Shown here: in pieces, positions 1 to 8,781 of the stretch
Numbering within the stretch: the first letter of the stretch is position 1
How the letters are laid out: each line of letters opens with the position of its first letter
Source: Reyranella sp.
GTDB lineage: Bacteria > Pseudomonadota > Alphaproteobacteria > Reyranellales > Reyranellaceae
DNA: 64,000 nt
Assembly: GCA_019745575.1 (NCBI GenBank)
Contig: JAIETA010000198.1
Coordinates: 9,031-73,030 of the forward strand
Direction: 5' to 3'
Program-made: the position numbers and the translations under genes
Notes under the pieces: generated by a model
What the model was told of the DNA's origin: nothing
The model's input: the letters and a program-made list of their open reading frames with translations, nothing else
The model's database searches: none

Positions 1-57
1 GTCATGGTGAAAGTCCTCCTCTTGCGGAGTGTAACTCAACCTGTCGTCCCGGCCCGG

Positions 58-801
58 TCAAGCCTTAGCAGGAATCCAGCTTATCAGGCCGATTCCGCCA
101 TCAACTTCTACTGTCGTACCCACCATGTAGCGACCAAATCTTTCCGACAGGACCGCGACAGCGGCCTGGGCGATATCGTCGGGGGTCCCCGCGCGGCCGA
201 GCGGGATCTGGGCGACGAGGTCGGAGAGATTGTCGGCGACGAAGCCGCCGCCGGGAATGGCGCCGGGCGCGATGGCGTTGACGCGGATGCCGTCGGGCGC
301 CAGCACGCGCGCCAGTTCCTTCATCACCATCGTCATGCCGGCCTTGGACGCGCTGTAGTGGGCGAGGTTGCGCGTCATGAAGCGGTGCTGCGAGGTGATC
401 AGCAGCATGCGGCCCCTGATCCTGTTATCGCGCATGTGGCGGCCGACCTCGCGGGCGAGGAAGAAACCCGACCGCAGGTTGATGTCGACCATCGCGTCCC
501 AGGTCTCCTCGCTCACCGACAGCGGCGTATCGACTTCGAGGCGGCGCGGGCTGGCGGCATGGACGAAGAGCGAGATCGTGCCGAGCTTCTTGGTGGCGCC
601 GTCGAGCAGCCTCTTCCAGCCGTCACGCTTGCCGAGATCGGCCTTGAGGAAGTCGATGCCGTCTTCCGCCGGCGGTGCCGCGATGTCGCTGCCCAGGACG
701 GTGGCGCCCTCGGCCAGCAGGGCCTTGGCGATGCCGCGGCCGATGCCGCCGGCGCAGCCCGTGATCAGGGCGCGTTCGCCCTCAAGAAGTTTCATGCTCA
801 T
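58..801 (-). CDS. SDR-family short-chain dehydrogenase/reductase
   Basis: C-terminal 248 aa of ORF 58..1434(-). It has the Rossmann motif ITGCAGGIGRGIA, the catalytic YSASK and IRVNAIAPG. The start was chosen at MSMKLLEG; alternative ATGs lie at 810 and 795. Confidence 0.85.
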   Translation of the reverse strand: MSMKLLEGERALITGCAGGIGRGIAKALLAEGATVLGSDIAAPPAEDGIDFLKADLGKRDGWKRLLDGATKKLGTISLFVHAASPRRLEVDTPLSVSEETWDAMVDINLRSGFFLAREVGRHMRDNRIRGRMLLITSQHRFMTRNLAHYSASKAGMTMVMKELARVLAPDGIRVNAIAPGAIPGGGFVADNLSDLVAQIPLGRAGTPDDIAQAAVAVLSERFGRYMVGTTVEVDGGIGLISWIPAKA

Positions 802-825
802 GGACGCCATGCTAGCAGGGGAACT

Positions 826-1569
826 ATGGCGGCCAAGACAAGACTTGATGTGGCGCTGGTCGAGCGCGGGCTGGCGGAGACGCGCGCCGCGGCGCAACGC
901 CTCGTCATGGCCGGGCTTGTCTTCTCCGGCGAGCGCCGACTGGAGAAGGCGGGGCAGGGCGTCGGGCCCGACACGGCGCTCGAAGTCCGTGGCCAGCCGC
1001 ACCCCTATGTCTCGCGCGGCGGCTTGAAACTCGAAAAGGCGTTGGATCATTTCGCCATCCCGGTCGAGGGCCGCATCGCGCTCGATGTCGGCGCGTCGAC
1101 CGGCGGCTTCACCGACTGCCTGCTGCAGCGGGGAGCCGCCAAGGTCTATGCCGTCGACGTCGGCACCAACCAGCTTGCCTGGAAGTTGCGCACCGACCCG
1201 CGCGTCGTGTCGCTGGAGAAGACCAATATGCGCGACGTGACGCGATCGCAGATCCCCGAGCCGGTGGCGTTGATCGTCTGCGATGCCTCGTTCATCGGCC
1301 TGCGCACCGTGCTGCCGGCTGCCCTGGCGCTCGCGGCGCCCGAGGCGCATCTCGTGGCGCTGATCAAACCGCAGTTCGAAGTGGGCAAGGGCCGGGTCGG
1401 CAAGGGCGGCGTCGTGCGCGAGCCGGAATTGCACGACGAGGTCTGCACCACGGTCGCCGACTGGCTGGCCGCGCAGCCCGGCTGGCGCGTGCTGGGGGTG
1501 ACGGAAAGCCCGATCACCGGCGCCGAAGGCAACAGGGAGTTCCTGATCGCCGGCCTCTTCAGCGGATAG
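826..1569 (+). CDS. tlyA: TlyA-family rRNA (cytidine-2'-O)-methyltransferase (hemolysin A-like)
   Basis: In-frame ATG inside ORF 4..1569. It has an S4-like N-terminus (RLDVALVERGL), YVSRGGLKLEKAL and the FtsJ-type SAM motif LDVGASTGGFTDCLL. Confidence 0.85.
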   Translation: MAAKTRLDVALVERGLAETRAAAQRLVMAGLVFSGERRLEKAGQGVGPDTALEVRGQPHPYVSRGGLKLEKALDHFAIPVEGRIALDVGASTGGFTDCLLQRGAAKVYAVDVGTNQLAWKLRTDPRVVSLEKTNMRDVTRSQIPEPVALIVCDASFIGLRTVLPAALALAAPEAHLVALIKPQFEVGKGRVGKGGVVREPELHDEVCTTVADWLAAQPGWRVLGVTESPITGAEGNREFLIAGLFSG

Positions 1570-2533
1570 CGCGGCTCACCCGGAACTTGTTGTTGTCGGC
1601 CAGCGTCTCGAACGAGGCGAAGTGTTCCTTCAGCAGCGGCTCGTAGGGCAGGCCGCGGTTGGCGACCATATAGAAGAGTCCGCCAGGCCGGAGCGCGCGG
1701 GCGGCGGCCTCGATGAAGCCCTGGCCGAGTGCCGGCTGGGCGGCGCGTCCGGCATGGAAGGGCGGATTGCAGACGATGACGTCGTAGGTCGAAGGGGCGG
1801 GCTCGGCGAGCAGGTCGAGCCAGTGGAAGGCCGCGCGCGGATCGGGGACGTTCACCTGTGCCGCTTCGATCGCGCGATGTTCGGCATCGATCATGTCCAG
1901 ACGGGTGATGCCCGGGCATCGGTCGAGGAGGCGGCGCGCGAGGTAACCCCAGCCGCAGCCGAAATCGGCGACCGTGCCGGCAAGATCGTCGGGCAGGTGC
2001 GCGGCCAGCAGCGCCGAGCCGTCATCGACGCGATCCCAGCTGAAGATGCCGGGCTGGCTCTGCCATGAACCGTCGCCGACGGGCTGCAGGGTCGCGAGCC
2101 GGGACCAGTAGGCAGGCGGGGCGCGCTCGCCCTTGTCGAACCAGAAGACGCGGCAATGGTACTTCGAGAGGTGGTCGGCGAGGCCAAAGGCCTTGCCGAC
2201 GTGCTTTTCGAAGCTCGCCGCGCCATCGTCGTTGGCGCCGGCCGAAACCAGCCGGCCTCCGGCACCCAGCAACGCCCAGGCGCGCGCGATGTTGGCGAAG
2301 TTCTCCTCCTTGTGCTTCGTCAGCAGCACGAAACCGAGTTCATAGGCGCCGCCCTCGAGGCGCGGCACGACCGGCCATCCCATTTGCTCTAAGCGCAAAT
2401 AGTCCGGCCGGAACGACTGCTCGGCATCGACGTCCTTGAAGGGCAGCTGCTCGGCCCGCAGGCAGAACGCCCGCTTCGCGGCGAACGCGCCGGCTTCGAA
2501 GGCGTGGGCGAGGGCACGGACCGCCTGACTCAC
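1559..2533 (-). CDS. RsmC/RlmG-like class I SAM-dependent rRNA (guanine-N2) methyltransferase
   Basis: 324-aa ORF. It has the SAM motif VADFGCGWGYL and the N-methyltransferase motif VCNPPFH. Its 3' end overlaps the tlyA 3' end convergently by 11 nt. Confidence 0.7.
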   Translation of the reverse strand: MSQAVRALAHAFEAGAFAAKRAFCLRAEQLPFKDVDAEQSFRPDYLRLEQMGWPVVPRLEGGAYELGFVLLTKHKEENFANIARAWALLGAGGRLVSAGANDDGAASFEKHVGKAFGLADHLSKYHCRVFWFDKGERAPPAYWSRLATLQPVGDGSWQSQPGIFSWDRVDDGSALLAAHLPDDLAGTVADFGCGWGYLARRLLDRCPGITRLDMIDAEHRAIEAAQVNVPDPRAAFHWLDLLAEPAPSTYDVIVCNPPFHAGRAAQPALGQGFIEAAARALRPGGLFYMVANRGLPYEPLLKEHFASFETLADNNKFRVSRAIR

Positions 2534-2543
2534 GGCGATCGCT

Positions 2544-3596
2544 CTAGGGGACGAGGACGGCGCGTCCCATGATCAGTCCCTTGCGCAGTTCCTGCAGGGT
2601 GGCGTCGGCCTCGTCGAGCTTGCGCCTGACGACGGGCACAGGCGTCACCTTGCCGGAGGTGGCGAGGTCCATCATCTCCTTCATCTCGGCCGGGCTGCCG
2701 GTCACCGAGCCCACGATCTGGCAACCGGTGAAGGCGAACATCGGCAGCGGGATGGAGAAGGTGCCGCCGAACAGGCCGACGATGATCAGCCGGCCGCCGC
2801 GGCCGAGCGCCCGCAGACCGAACTGCGCCGAACTCTCGGCGCCGACGAAGTCGATGGCGGCGCCGACGCCGGTGCCGCCGGTCAGCTCCTGGACGGTCTT
2901 GCGTGCATCCTTGTCGCGCGGGTCGATCGCGGCGACGGCGCCGTTCTCCAGCGCCAGCTTGCGCTTGCCCTCGTCGATGTCGGCCACGATCGGCTCGCGC
3001 CCCAGCACCGACTTGGCGAAGCGCACGCCCATCAGGCCGACGCCGCCGGCGCCGATCACCAGGATGGGCTTGCCGCCGTCCTGTCCCTGGGCCTTTTTCA
3101 CCGCGCTGAAGGCGGTGATGCCGGAGCAGGCATAAAGGCAGGCCAGCTCCACCGGCAGGCTGCCGTAGGGGTAGAGGTACTTCGCATGCGGCACCAGCAC
3201 GTGGTCGGCGTAGCCGCCGTCGTTGTTGACGCCGAGCGCCCGCGGCGTCGGGCAGAGATGTTCTATGCCGCTGGTGCAGTACCAGCACTTGCCGCAGCCG
3301 ATCCAGGGATAGACCACCGCCTTGTCGCCGACCTTGGCGCCCTTCGCATCGGGGCCGAGCGCCACGACGTCGCCCACGATCTCGTGGCCCATGGTGCGCG
3401 GCGGGTTCATGGTCTTCTGGGTAGAAACCTTGTTGCCGCCGCCCATGTCGAAGAAGCCCTCCCACAAATGGACGTCGCTGTGGCAGACGCCGGCCGCGGT
3501 GATGCGCACCAGAACTTCGGTGCCCTGCGGCGCCGGGTTCTGCTCCTCGACCTTCTGCAGCGGCTTGCCGAATTCGACGACCTTGTAGCTTTTCAT
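2544..3596 (-). CDS. Zinc-dependent alcohol dehydrogenase (MDR family)
   Basis: Start at MKSYKVVEFG within ORF 2544..3857. It has GVCHSDVH, GHEIVG, the structural-Zn cysteines CGKCWYC and the NAD motif VIGAGGVGL. Confidence 0.85.
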   Translation of the reverse strand: MKSYKVVEFGKPLQKVEEQNPAPQGTEVLVRITAAGVCHSDVHLWEGFFDMGGGNKVSTQKTMNPPRTMGHEIVGDVVALGPDAKGAKVGDKAVVYPWIGCGKCWYCTSGIEHLCPTPRALGVNNDGGYADHVLVPHAKYLYPYGSLPVELACLYACSGITAFSAVKKAQGQDGGKPILVIGAGGVGLMGVRFAKSVLGREPIVADIDEGKRKLALENGAVAAIDPRDKDARKTVQELTGGTGVGAAIDFVGAESSAQFGLRALGRGGRLIIVGLFGGTFSIPLPMFAFTGCQIVGSVTGSPAEMKEMMDLATSGKVTPVPVVRRKLDEADATLQELRKGLIMGRAVLVP

Positions 3597-3647
3597 TGGG
3601 CGAACTCCCGTTAATGTCGGGGCGGAGAATAGGTAGGGTTGGGGCGC

Positions 3648-5981
3648 ATGGGCAAGTATGGCATCGGACAGCCGGTCCTGAGGTTCGAGGATGCGCGCCT
3701 GCTGCGCGGACAAGGTCGCTACATCAACGATGTGAACCTCCCGGGACAGGTCCACGCCGTCTTCGTGCGCTCGCCGCACGCCCATGCCCTGATCAAGTCG
3801 ATCGACGTTGCAGCGGCGCGCCAGGCGCCCGGCGTTCTGGCCGTCTATACCGGCCACGACGTCGCGGCCGACGGGCTCGGCATGCCCAAGGCCAACATGC
3901 CGCGCAAGCGGCCCGACGGCAAACCGATGTACGCGCCGCAGCGGCCGCCGCTAGTCACCGACCGGGTGCGCTATGTCGGCGATCCGGTGGCGATGGTGGT
4001 CGCCGAGACGCTGGCCGAGGCCAAGGATGCCGCCGAGCTGGTTGCCGTCGACTACGAGGCGCTGAGGTCCGTGACGGCGACGGCCGACACGGTGACGCCG
4101 GGCGCCGCCGCGGTCTGGGACGACTGCCCCGACAACATCTCCAACTTCGCCGAACGCGGCGACAAGGCGGCGACAGAGGCGGCGATCCGCGGCGCGGCAA
4201 AAGTTGTTAAGCGGCGCTACGAGATCACGCGCGTGCATGCGCAATACATGGAGCCGCGCGGCACCTTGGGCGTCTACGACGCCGGCGAGGATCGCATGAC
4301 CCTCTACGCCGACGTGCAGTATCCCCATCGCGTGCGCAACATGCTGGCGCAGAACGTCTTCAAGGTGCCCGAGAGCAAGATGCGGGTGATCTCGGGCGAC
4401 GTCGGCGGCGGCTTCGGCACCAAGGGCTGGCAGTACATCGAACACCGCCTGACCTTGTGGGCGGCGCGCAAGCTTTTGCGGCCGGTCAAGTGGACCTGCG
4501 AGCGCAGCGAGGCGGTGATGGCCGACGAACACGGCCGCGACAACATCGGCGAGATCGAACTGGCACTCGATAAGGACAACAGGTTCGTGGCGCTGCGCCT
4601 GAACATGATCGCCAACATCGGCGCCTATGTCGGCTCGGACCGCAACCTGCTGTCGCCGTTCGGCCAGATCGGCACGGTGCTGGGCGTCTATCGCATTCCG
4701 GTCGCCTACACCAACGTGGTCGGCGTGCTGTCCAACACCAATCCGACGGCGCCCTACCGCGGCGCCGGCCGGCCGGAGGCGATCTATCTGCTCGAGCGCC
4801 TCATCGACGACGCCGCCCGCGAGCTGGGCGTCGACCGGATCGAGCTCAGGCGCCGCAACCTGCTGCCCGAGCAGGCGCTGCCGTACCGCAGTCCGATCGG
4901 GCCGTTCTACGATTGCGGCCAGTTCGAGAAGAACATGGACCTCGCGCTCGCGCTGGCCGACGTGGTGGGCTACGCGGCGCGGGCCGAGGAGTCGCAGAAG
5001 CGCGGCAAGCTGCGCGGGCTCGGCATCGTCAACGCCATCGAACAGGCGGCCGGCACGGCGCAGCCGGAATATGCCGAGATCCGCTTCAATCCCGGCGGAA
5101 CGGCGGCGCTGCTCATGGGCACCAAGAACCAGGGTCAGGGGCACGAGACGATGTTCAAGCAGATCCTGAACGAGCGGCTGGGCATCGACCCGGCCGACGT
5201 GCAGTTCATCGACGGCGACACCGATCGCGTGGCGTTCGGCATGGGCACCAACGGTTCGCGCTCGACGGTGCTGGGCGGCTCCGCGCTGTTCGAGGCGGCC
5301 GGCAAGGTGATCGCCAAGGGCAAGGTCCTGGCGGGGCATCTTCTGGAAGCCGGCGAGCAGGACATCGAGTTCGCCGACGGCGTCTTCAAGGTCGCCGGCA
5401 CCGACAGGACCGTGTCGCTGAAGCAGGTGGCGATGGCCGCCTTCAATCCGGCCAAGTGGCCGAAGGGCAAGTTCGAGGGCGGCCTGTACGAGAACGCGAC
5501 GTTCCTGGCCGAGAAGGACACCTATCCCAACGGCTGCCACGTCTGCGAGGTCGAGGTCGATCCCGAGACCGGCGAGGTCAGGCTCGACCGCTACGCCGTG
5601 GTCGACGATGTCGGCACGGTGATGAATCCGGCTGGGCTGAAAGGCCAGATCCACGGCGGCGTCGCCCAGGGCGTCGGCCAGATCCTGAGCGAGCAGGTGG
5701 TGTGGGACCGCGAGAGCGGCCAGCTGCTCACCGCCAGCTTCCTCGACTATGCCATGCCGCGCGCCGACACGATGTGCGCCATGGAGATCAAGTCCAACCC
5801 GGTGCCGACCAAGTACAATCCGCTGGGCGCCAAGGGCGCGGGCGAAGCGGGCACCGTGGGCGCCATGCCGGCGGTGATGAACGCGGTGCTGGACGCCGTG
5901 GCGCCGCTCGGCGTCAGGGACGTCGCCATGCCGGCCACGGCGCAGAACGTGTGGCGGGCCATCGAGCAGGCGAAGACGTAG
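3648..5981 (+). CDS. Xanthine dehydrogenase/aldehyde oxidase/CoxL-family molybdopterin-binding large subunit
   Basis: About 777 aa. N-terminus GIGQPVLRFEDARLLRGQGRYINDV. The active-site-loop-like YRGAGRPEA is form-II CoxL-like rather than the form-I AYxCSFR. The track start at 3639 is TTG, so the ATG at 3648 is preferred. Confidence 0.8.
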   Translation: MGKYGIGQPVLRFEDARLLRGQGRYINDVNLPGQVHAVFVRSPHAHALIKSIDVAAARQAPGVLAVYTGHDVAADGLGMPKANMPRKRPDGKPMYAPQRPPLVTDRVRYVGDPVAMVVAETLAEAKDAAELVAVDYEALRSVTATADTVTPGAAAVWDDCPDNISNFAERGDKAATEAAIRGAAKVVKRRYEITRVHAQYMEPRGTLGVYDAGEDRMTLYADVQYPHRVRNMLAQNVFKVPESKMRVISGDVGGGFGTKGWQYIEHRLTLWAARKLLRPVKWTCERSEAVMADEHGRDNIGEIELALDKDNRFVALRLNMIANIGAYVGSDRNLLSPFGQIGTVLGVYRIPVAYTNVVGVLSNTNPTAPYRGAGRPEAIYLLERLIDDAARELGVDRIELRRRNLLPEQALPYRSPIGPFYDCGQFEKNMDLALALADVVGYAARAEESQKRGKLRGLGIVNAIEQAAGTAQPEYAEIRFNPGGTAALLMGTKNQGQGHETMFKQILNERLGIDPADVQFIDGDTDRVAFGMGTNGSRSTVLGGSALFEAAGKVIAKGKVLAGHLLEAGEQDIEFADGVFKVAGTDRTVSLKQVAMAAFNPAKWPKGKFEGGLYENATFLAEKDTYPNGCHVCEVEVDPETGEVRLDRYAVVDDVGTVMNPAGLKGQIHGGVAQGVGQILSEQVVWDRESGQLLTASFLDYAMPRADTMCAMEIKSNPVPTKYNPLGAKGAGEAGTVGAMPAVMNAVLDAVAPLGVRDVAMPATAQNVWRAIEQAKT

Positions 5982-6010
5982 CGCTTGGATCAGATATCCG
6001 GAGGGACATC

Positions 6011-6958
6011 ATGGTGGCGATCAAGGTTGCGGAATTTGCCTTCCCCCGCATGGAGGCGCCTGACCTCGACGAGATGGAGGAGTTTCTCACCCATTTCGGC
6101 CTGGTGCGGGCCGAACGAACGCCCGATGCGCTCTACATGCGCGGCACCGATGGTCACCATCACCTGCACGCTGTGCACAGGGGTGGCACGAAGTTCATCG
6201 GCTTCGGCTATCACGCGGCCAGCGAAGACGACCTGAAGCGCCTGGCCAAGCTGCCGGGCGCCTCGGGGATCGAGACCATCAACGAGCCGGGCGGCGGCAA
6301 GCGCGTCCGGCTGACCGAGCCCAACGGCTACCAGATCGAGGTCATTCACGGCATGGCCAGGGTGCCGGTGACGAAGAGCGCGCGCGATGTCCAGAATACC
6401 GGCAGCGAGCCGCACCGCCGCGTCGGCCGCCTGATGCGGCTCAGCCGGTCGCCGACCCCGATCCAGCGCATCGGCCATGGCGTTCTGGCGACGCCGAAGG
6501 TGAAGGAAACGGTCGGCTGGTTCCGCGAGACGCTGGGCATGATCCGCTCCGACGACGTCTATGCCGGCGAGAAGGAGAACGTCATCGGCTCCTTCAGCCG
6601 GCTCGACTGCGGCGAGGAGTATGTCGATCACCATGTGCTGTTCTGCGTGCACAACGAGAAGACGGGGCTCAACCACGTCTCCTACGAGGCACATGACATC
6701 GACGCCATCTTCCAGGACCACGAATATCTGAAGCGGCTCGGAAAGTATGAGCACATGTGGGGCGTCGGCCGCCATCTGCTGGGCAGCCAGGTCTACGACT
6801 ATTGGTCCGATCCGTGGGGCCGCGTGCATGAGCGCTGGGCCGACACCGATCGGCTCAATGCCTCGAATGGCGGCCACCTGCTGAGCGCCGAAGAGGGCTT
6901 CCAGTCGCAATGGGGTGAACGGCCGCCGGAACGTTTCATCGGCCACGCCAGTCCGTAA
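6011..6958 (+). CDS. VOC-superfamily protein, type I extradiol ring-cleavage dioxygenase-like
   Basis: 315 aa starting at MVAIKVAEFAF inside the long ORF 4913..6958. It has a two-module glyoxalase/dioxygenase-like layout (GHHHLH..., IGHGVLATP..., DHHVLF, LNHVSYE). An SD-like GGAGGGA lies upstream. Confidence 0.6.
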   Translation: MVAIKVAEFAFPRMEAPDLDEMEEFLTHFGLVRAERTPDALYMRGTDGHHHLHAVHRGGTKFIGFGYHAASEDDLKRLAKLPGASGIETINEPGGGKRVRLTEPNGYQIEVIHGMARVPVTKSARDVQNTGSEPHRRVGRLMRLSRSPTPIQRIGHGVLATPKVKETVGWFRETLGMIRSDDVYAGEKENVIGSFSRLDCGEEYVDHHVLFCVHNEKTGLNHVSYEAHDIDAIFQDHEYLKRLGKYEHMWGVGRHLLGSQVYDYWSDPWGRVHERWADTDRLNASNGGHLLSAEEGFQSQWGERPPERFIGHASP

Positions 6959-6981
6959 GTGCTTCAAGAAGGAGACAACAG

Positions 6982-7914
6982 GTGAAGCTTTGCTATTTCA
7001 ACGACTGGCGCCTGGGCGTCATCAAGGGCGACCATGTCGTTGACGTCACCGAGGCGGTGAAAGACATCCCGCACCTCGATGCGCGCGATCTGATCGTCGG
7101 CCTGATCGCGAGGTGGGACTCGCACCAGGCCAAGGTCGAGAAGGCCGCCGCTTCGGGCGCGGCTCTGCCCGTGAAGGACGTGCGTCTGCGCCCGCCGGTG
7201 CCGAAGCCCGGCAACATCGTCTGCATGGCCGTCAACTACATGGAAGACGGCACCCTGCCCGAGAAACCCGCGATCAACGCCTTCCACAAGGCGGCGACGG
7301 CGGTGATCGGCGATGGCGACACCATGGTGCTGCCCGACGCACCGGCCACCATCTTCGAGGGCGAGGCCGAGATGGCGCTGGTGATCGGCCGACGCGCGAC
7401 GCGCGTCTCCCAGGCCGACGCCTACAAGCACATCTTCGGCTATACCTGCTTCGTCGACGGCTCGGCCCGTGGCCTGCCGCCGCCGGGCAACGTCTTCTTC
7501 CAGATGAAGTCGCGCGACACTTTCGCGCCGATCGGCCCCTGCATCGTCACCGCCGACGAGATCGCCGATCCCCAGAACCTCGGCATCACGCTCACCAACA
7601 ACGGCCAGGTGATGCAGAAGTTCAACACCAGCGACATGGCGCACCACATTCCGCGCGTCGTCGAATGGGTGAGTTCGATCCACACCCTGGAGCCCGGCGA
7701 CATCGTCGCCACCGGCACCAATCACCGCGGCCTTCACTCCTTCATGGACGGCGACCGGATCGAGCTCACGGTCGAGAAGATCGGCACGCTCCGGTTCAAC
7801 GTGAAGGACGCGCTCAAACGCACCTGGGCCCGTACGACGCGGCTGCAGCACAAGGAGAAGGGCGGCGAGGGGCCGCACACGCCGCAGCTCACGGGCAAGT
7901 ACGCCAAGAAGTAG
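6982..7914 (+). CDS. Fumarylacetoacetate hydrolase (FAH) family protein
   Basis: GTG start with AAGGAGA 8 nt upstream. FAH-fold motifs present: NIVCMAVNY, FEGEAEMALVIG, GYTCFVDGSAR and LEPGDIVATGT. Confidence 0.8.
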   Translation: MKLCYFNDWRLGVIKGDHVVDVTEAVKDIPHLDARDLIVGLIARWDSHQAKVEKAAASGAALPVKDVRLRPPVPKPGNIVCMAVNYMEDGTLPEKPAINAFHKAATAVIGDGDTMVLPDAPATIFEGEAEMALVIGRRATRVSQADAYKHIFGYTCFVDGSARGLPPPGNVFFQMKSRDTFAPIGPCIVTADEIADPQNLGITLTNNGQVMQKFNTSDMAHHIPRVVEWVSSIHTLEPGDIVATGTNHRGLHSFMDGDRIELTVEKIGTLRFNVKDALKRTWARTTRLQHKEKGGEGPHTPQLTGKYAKK

Positions 7915-7927
7915 ACAACGCCGAAAG

Positions 7928-7951
7928 GGCGCCGCGGTCTCCCGCGGCGCC
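7928..7951. terminator. GC-rich perfect hairpin between convergent genes (likely intrinsic terminator, mainly for hsp20)
   Basis: GGCGCCGCGG-tctc-CCGCGGCGCC forms a 10-bp perfect stem. On the minus strand it is followed by CTTTCGGCGTTGT. It lies between the FAH stop (7914) and the hsp20 stop (7980). Confidence 0.6.
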
Positions 7952-7979
7952 GCCTCGCGACAGTAGGCTGCAATCCAGC

Positions 7980-8432
7980 TTAGTGCGTCAGCGCCGGCTG
8001 GCCGTTGCCGGCCACGACGGGGATCGCGCGGGGCTTCTTCTCCTCCGGGATCTCGCGCTGCAGCTCGATCGTCAGCAGGCCGTTGGCAAGCTTCGCCCCC
8101 ACGACCTTGACGTGGTCGGCGAGCTGGAAGCGGCGCTCGAAGTTGCGCCCGGCGATGCCGCGATAGAGATACTGCCTGTCGTCCTGGCCGTTGGTCGGCG
8201 CAGACTGGCCGCTGACCAGAAGCTCGTTCTCCTTCTGGGTCACGTTCAGCTCGGCTTCGGCGAAGCCTGCCACCGCCATGACGATCCGGTAGGCGTTATC
8301 GCCCGCCTTCTCGATGTTGTACGGGGGGTAGCCGTTGGCGCCGGACTGGCTGGCCACCGAATCGAGCAGGTCGAAGACCCGGTCGAAACCGACGGTGGCG
8401 CGATAAAACGGCGAATAGTCGAACGTACGCAT
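7980..8432 (-). CDS. Small heat-shock protein, Hsp20/IbpA (alpha-crystallin) family
   Basis: 150 aa. The N-terminus MRTFDYSPFYRATVGFDRVFDLL plus PPYNIEK...YRIVMAVAGF...RGIAGRNFERRFQLAD...GLLTIEL is typical of alphaproteobacterial class A sHsps. Confidence 0.9.
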   Translation of the reverse strand: MRTFDYSPFYRATVGFDRVFDLLDSVASQSGANGYPPYNIEKAGDNAYRIVMAVAGFAEAELNVTQKENELLVSGQSAPTNGQDDRQYLYRGIAGRNFERRFQLADHVKVVGAKLANGLLTIELQREIPEEKKPRAIPVVAGNGQPALTH

Positions 8433-8495
8433 TGATCATCCTCCAGTGAGCGATGTTGTGACGCCGCCCGCCCCGGGTTGGGCACGGGCGACAGC
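8433..8495 (-). promoter_or_regulatory. ROSE-like RNA thermometer in the hsp20 5' UTR
   Basis: The minus-strand leader ends ...CAUCGCUCACUGGAGGAUGAUCA-AUG. Positions 8455..8437 fold as C-G, A-U, U-A, C-G, a bulged G, then C-G, U-A, C-G with loop ACUG. This pairs a UCGCU stretch with the SD GGAGGA. A GC-rich upstream hairpin (GUCGCCCG...CGGGCGGC) precedes it. Confidence 0.55.
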
Positions 8496-8499
8496 AGGG

Positions 8500-8527
8500 A
8501 TTTAGGCAGCCGTGGGCGACCTTCAAG
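8500..8527 (-). promoter_or_regulatory. Putative hsp20 promoter (-35 CTTGAA, 16-nt spacer, -10 CTAAAT)
   Basis: Read on the minus strand: CTTGAA (8527..8522), then ggtcgcccacggctgc, then CTAAAT (8505..8500). It resembles both the alphaproteobacterial housekeeping consensus (CTTGAC-N17-CTATAT) and RpoH-type consensus promoters. Confidence 0.4.
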
Positions 8528-8781
8528 GGGCGCCGAGAAGGCGGGGGAAGGGAAAAAATTCTTCCGGCCCGGTCCGGACGGAAGGATTTGCTGCCGGCGC
8601 GAAAACCTTCGGCAACCCAAGCCATGGCGGACATGCGAAACAACGCCAGATCAAGAGTCCAGCAAACGGGTGCCCGCATGTCCCGATTCCTCCGCAAGCC
8701 CGAGTCCATCCTTTGGGTCCTGTCGATCTCGCAGGCGGCCGGCATGCTTGCCTTCAACATCCTGCTGCGCGCGGCCGTGTC

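Noticed and set aside
3951-5654. Long antisense or alternative-frame ORFs. Examples are 3951..5654(-), 8296..9807(-), 12564..14231(-), 19502..21976(+), 22324..24123(-), 20286..21602(-), 41745..43085(+) and 57207..58661(+).
   Set aside because: They lie opposite or out of frame to genes with strong family signatures. They translate to Arg/Ala/Gly/Pro-rich low-complexity sequence with no motifs. This is the expected shadow-ORF artefact of high-GC DNA.
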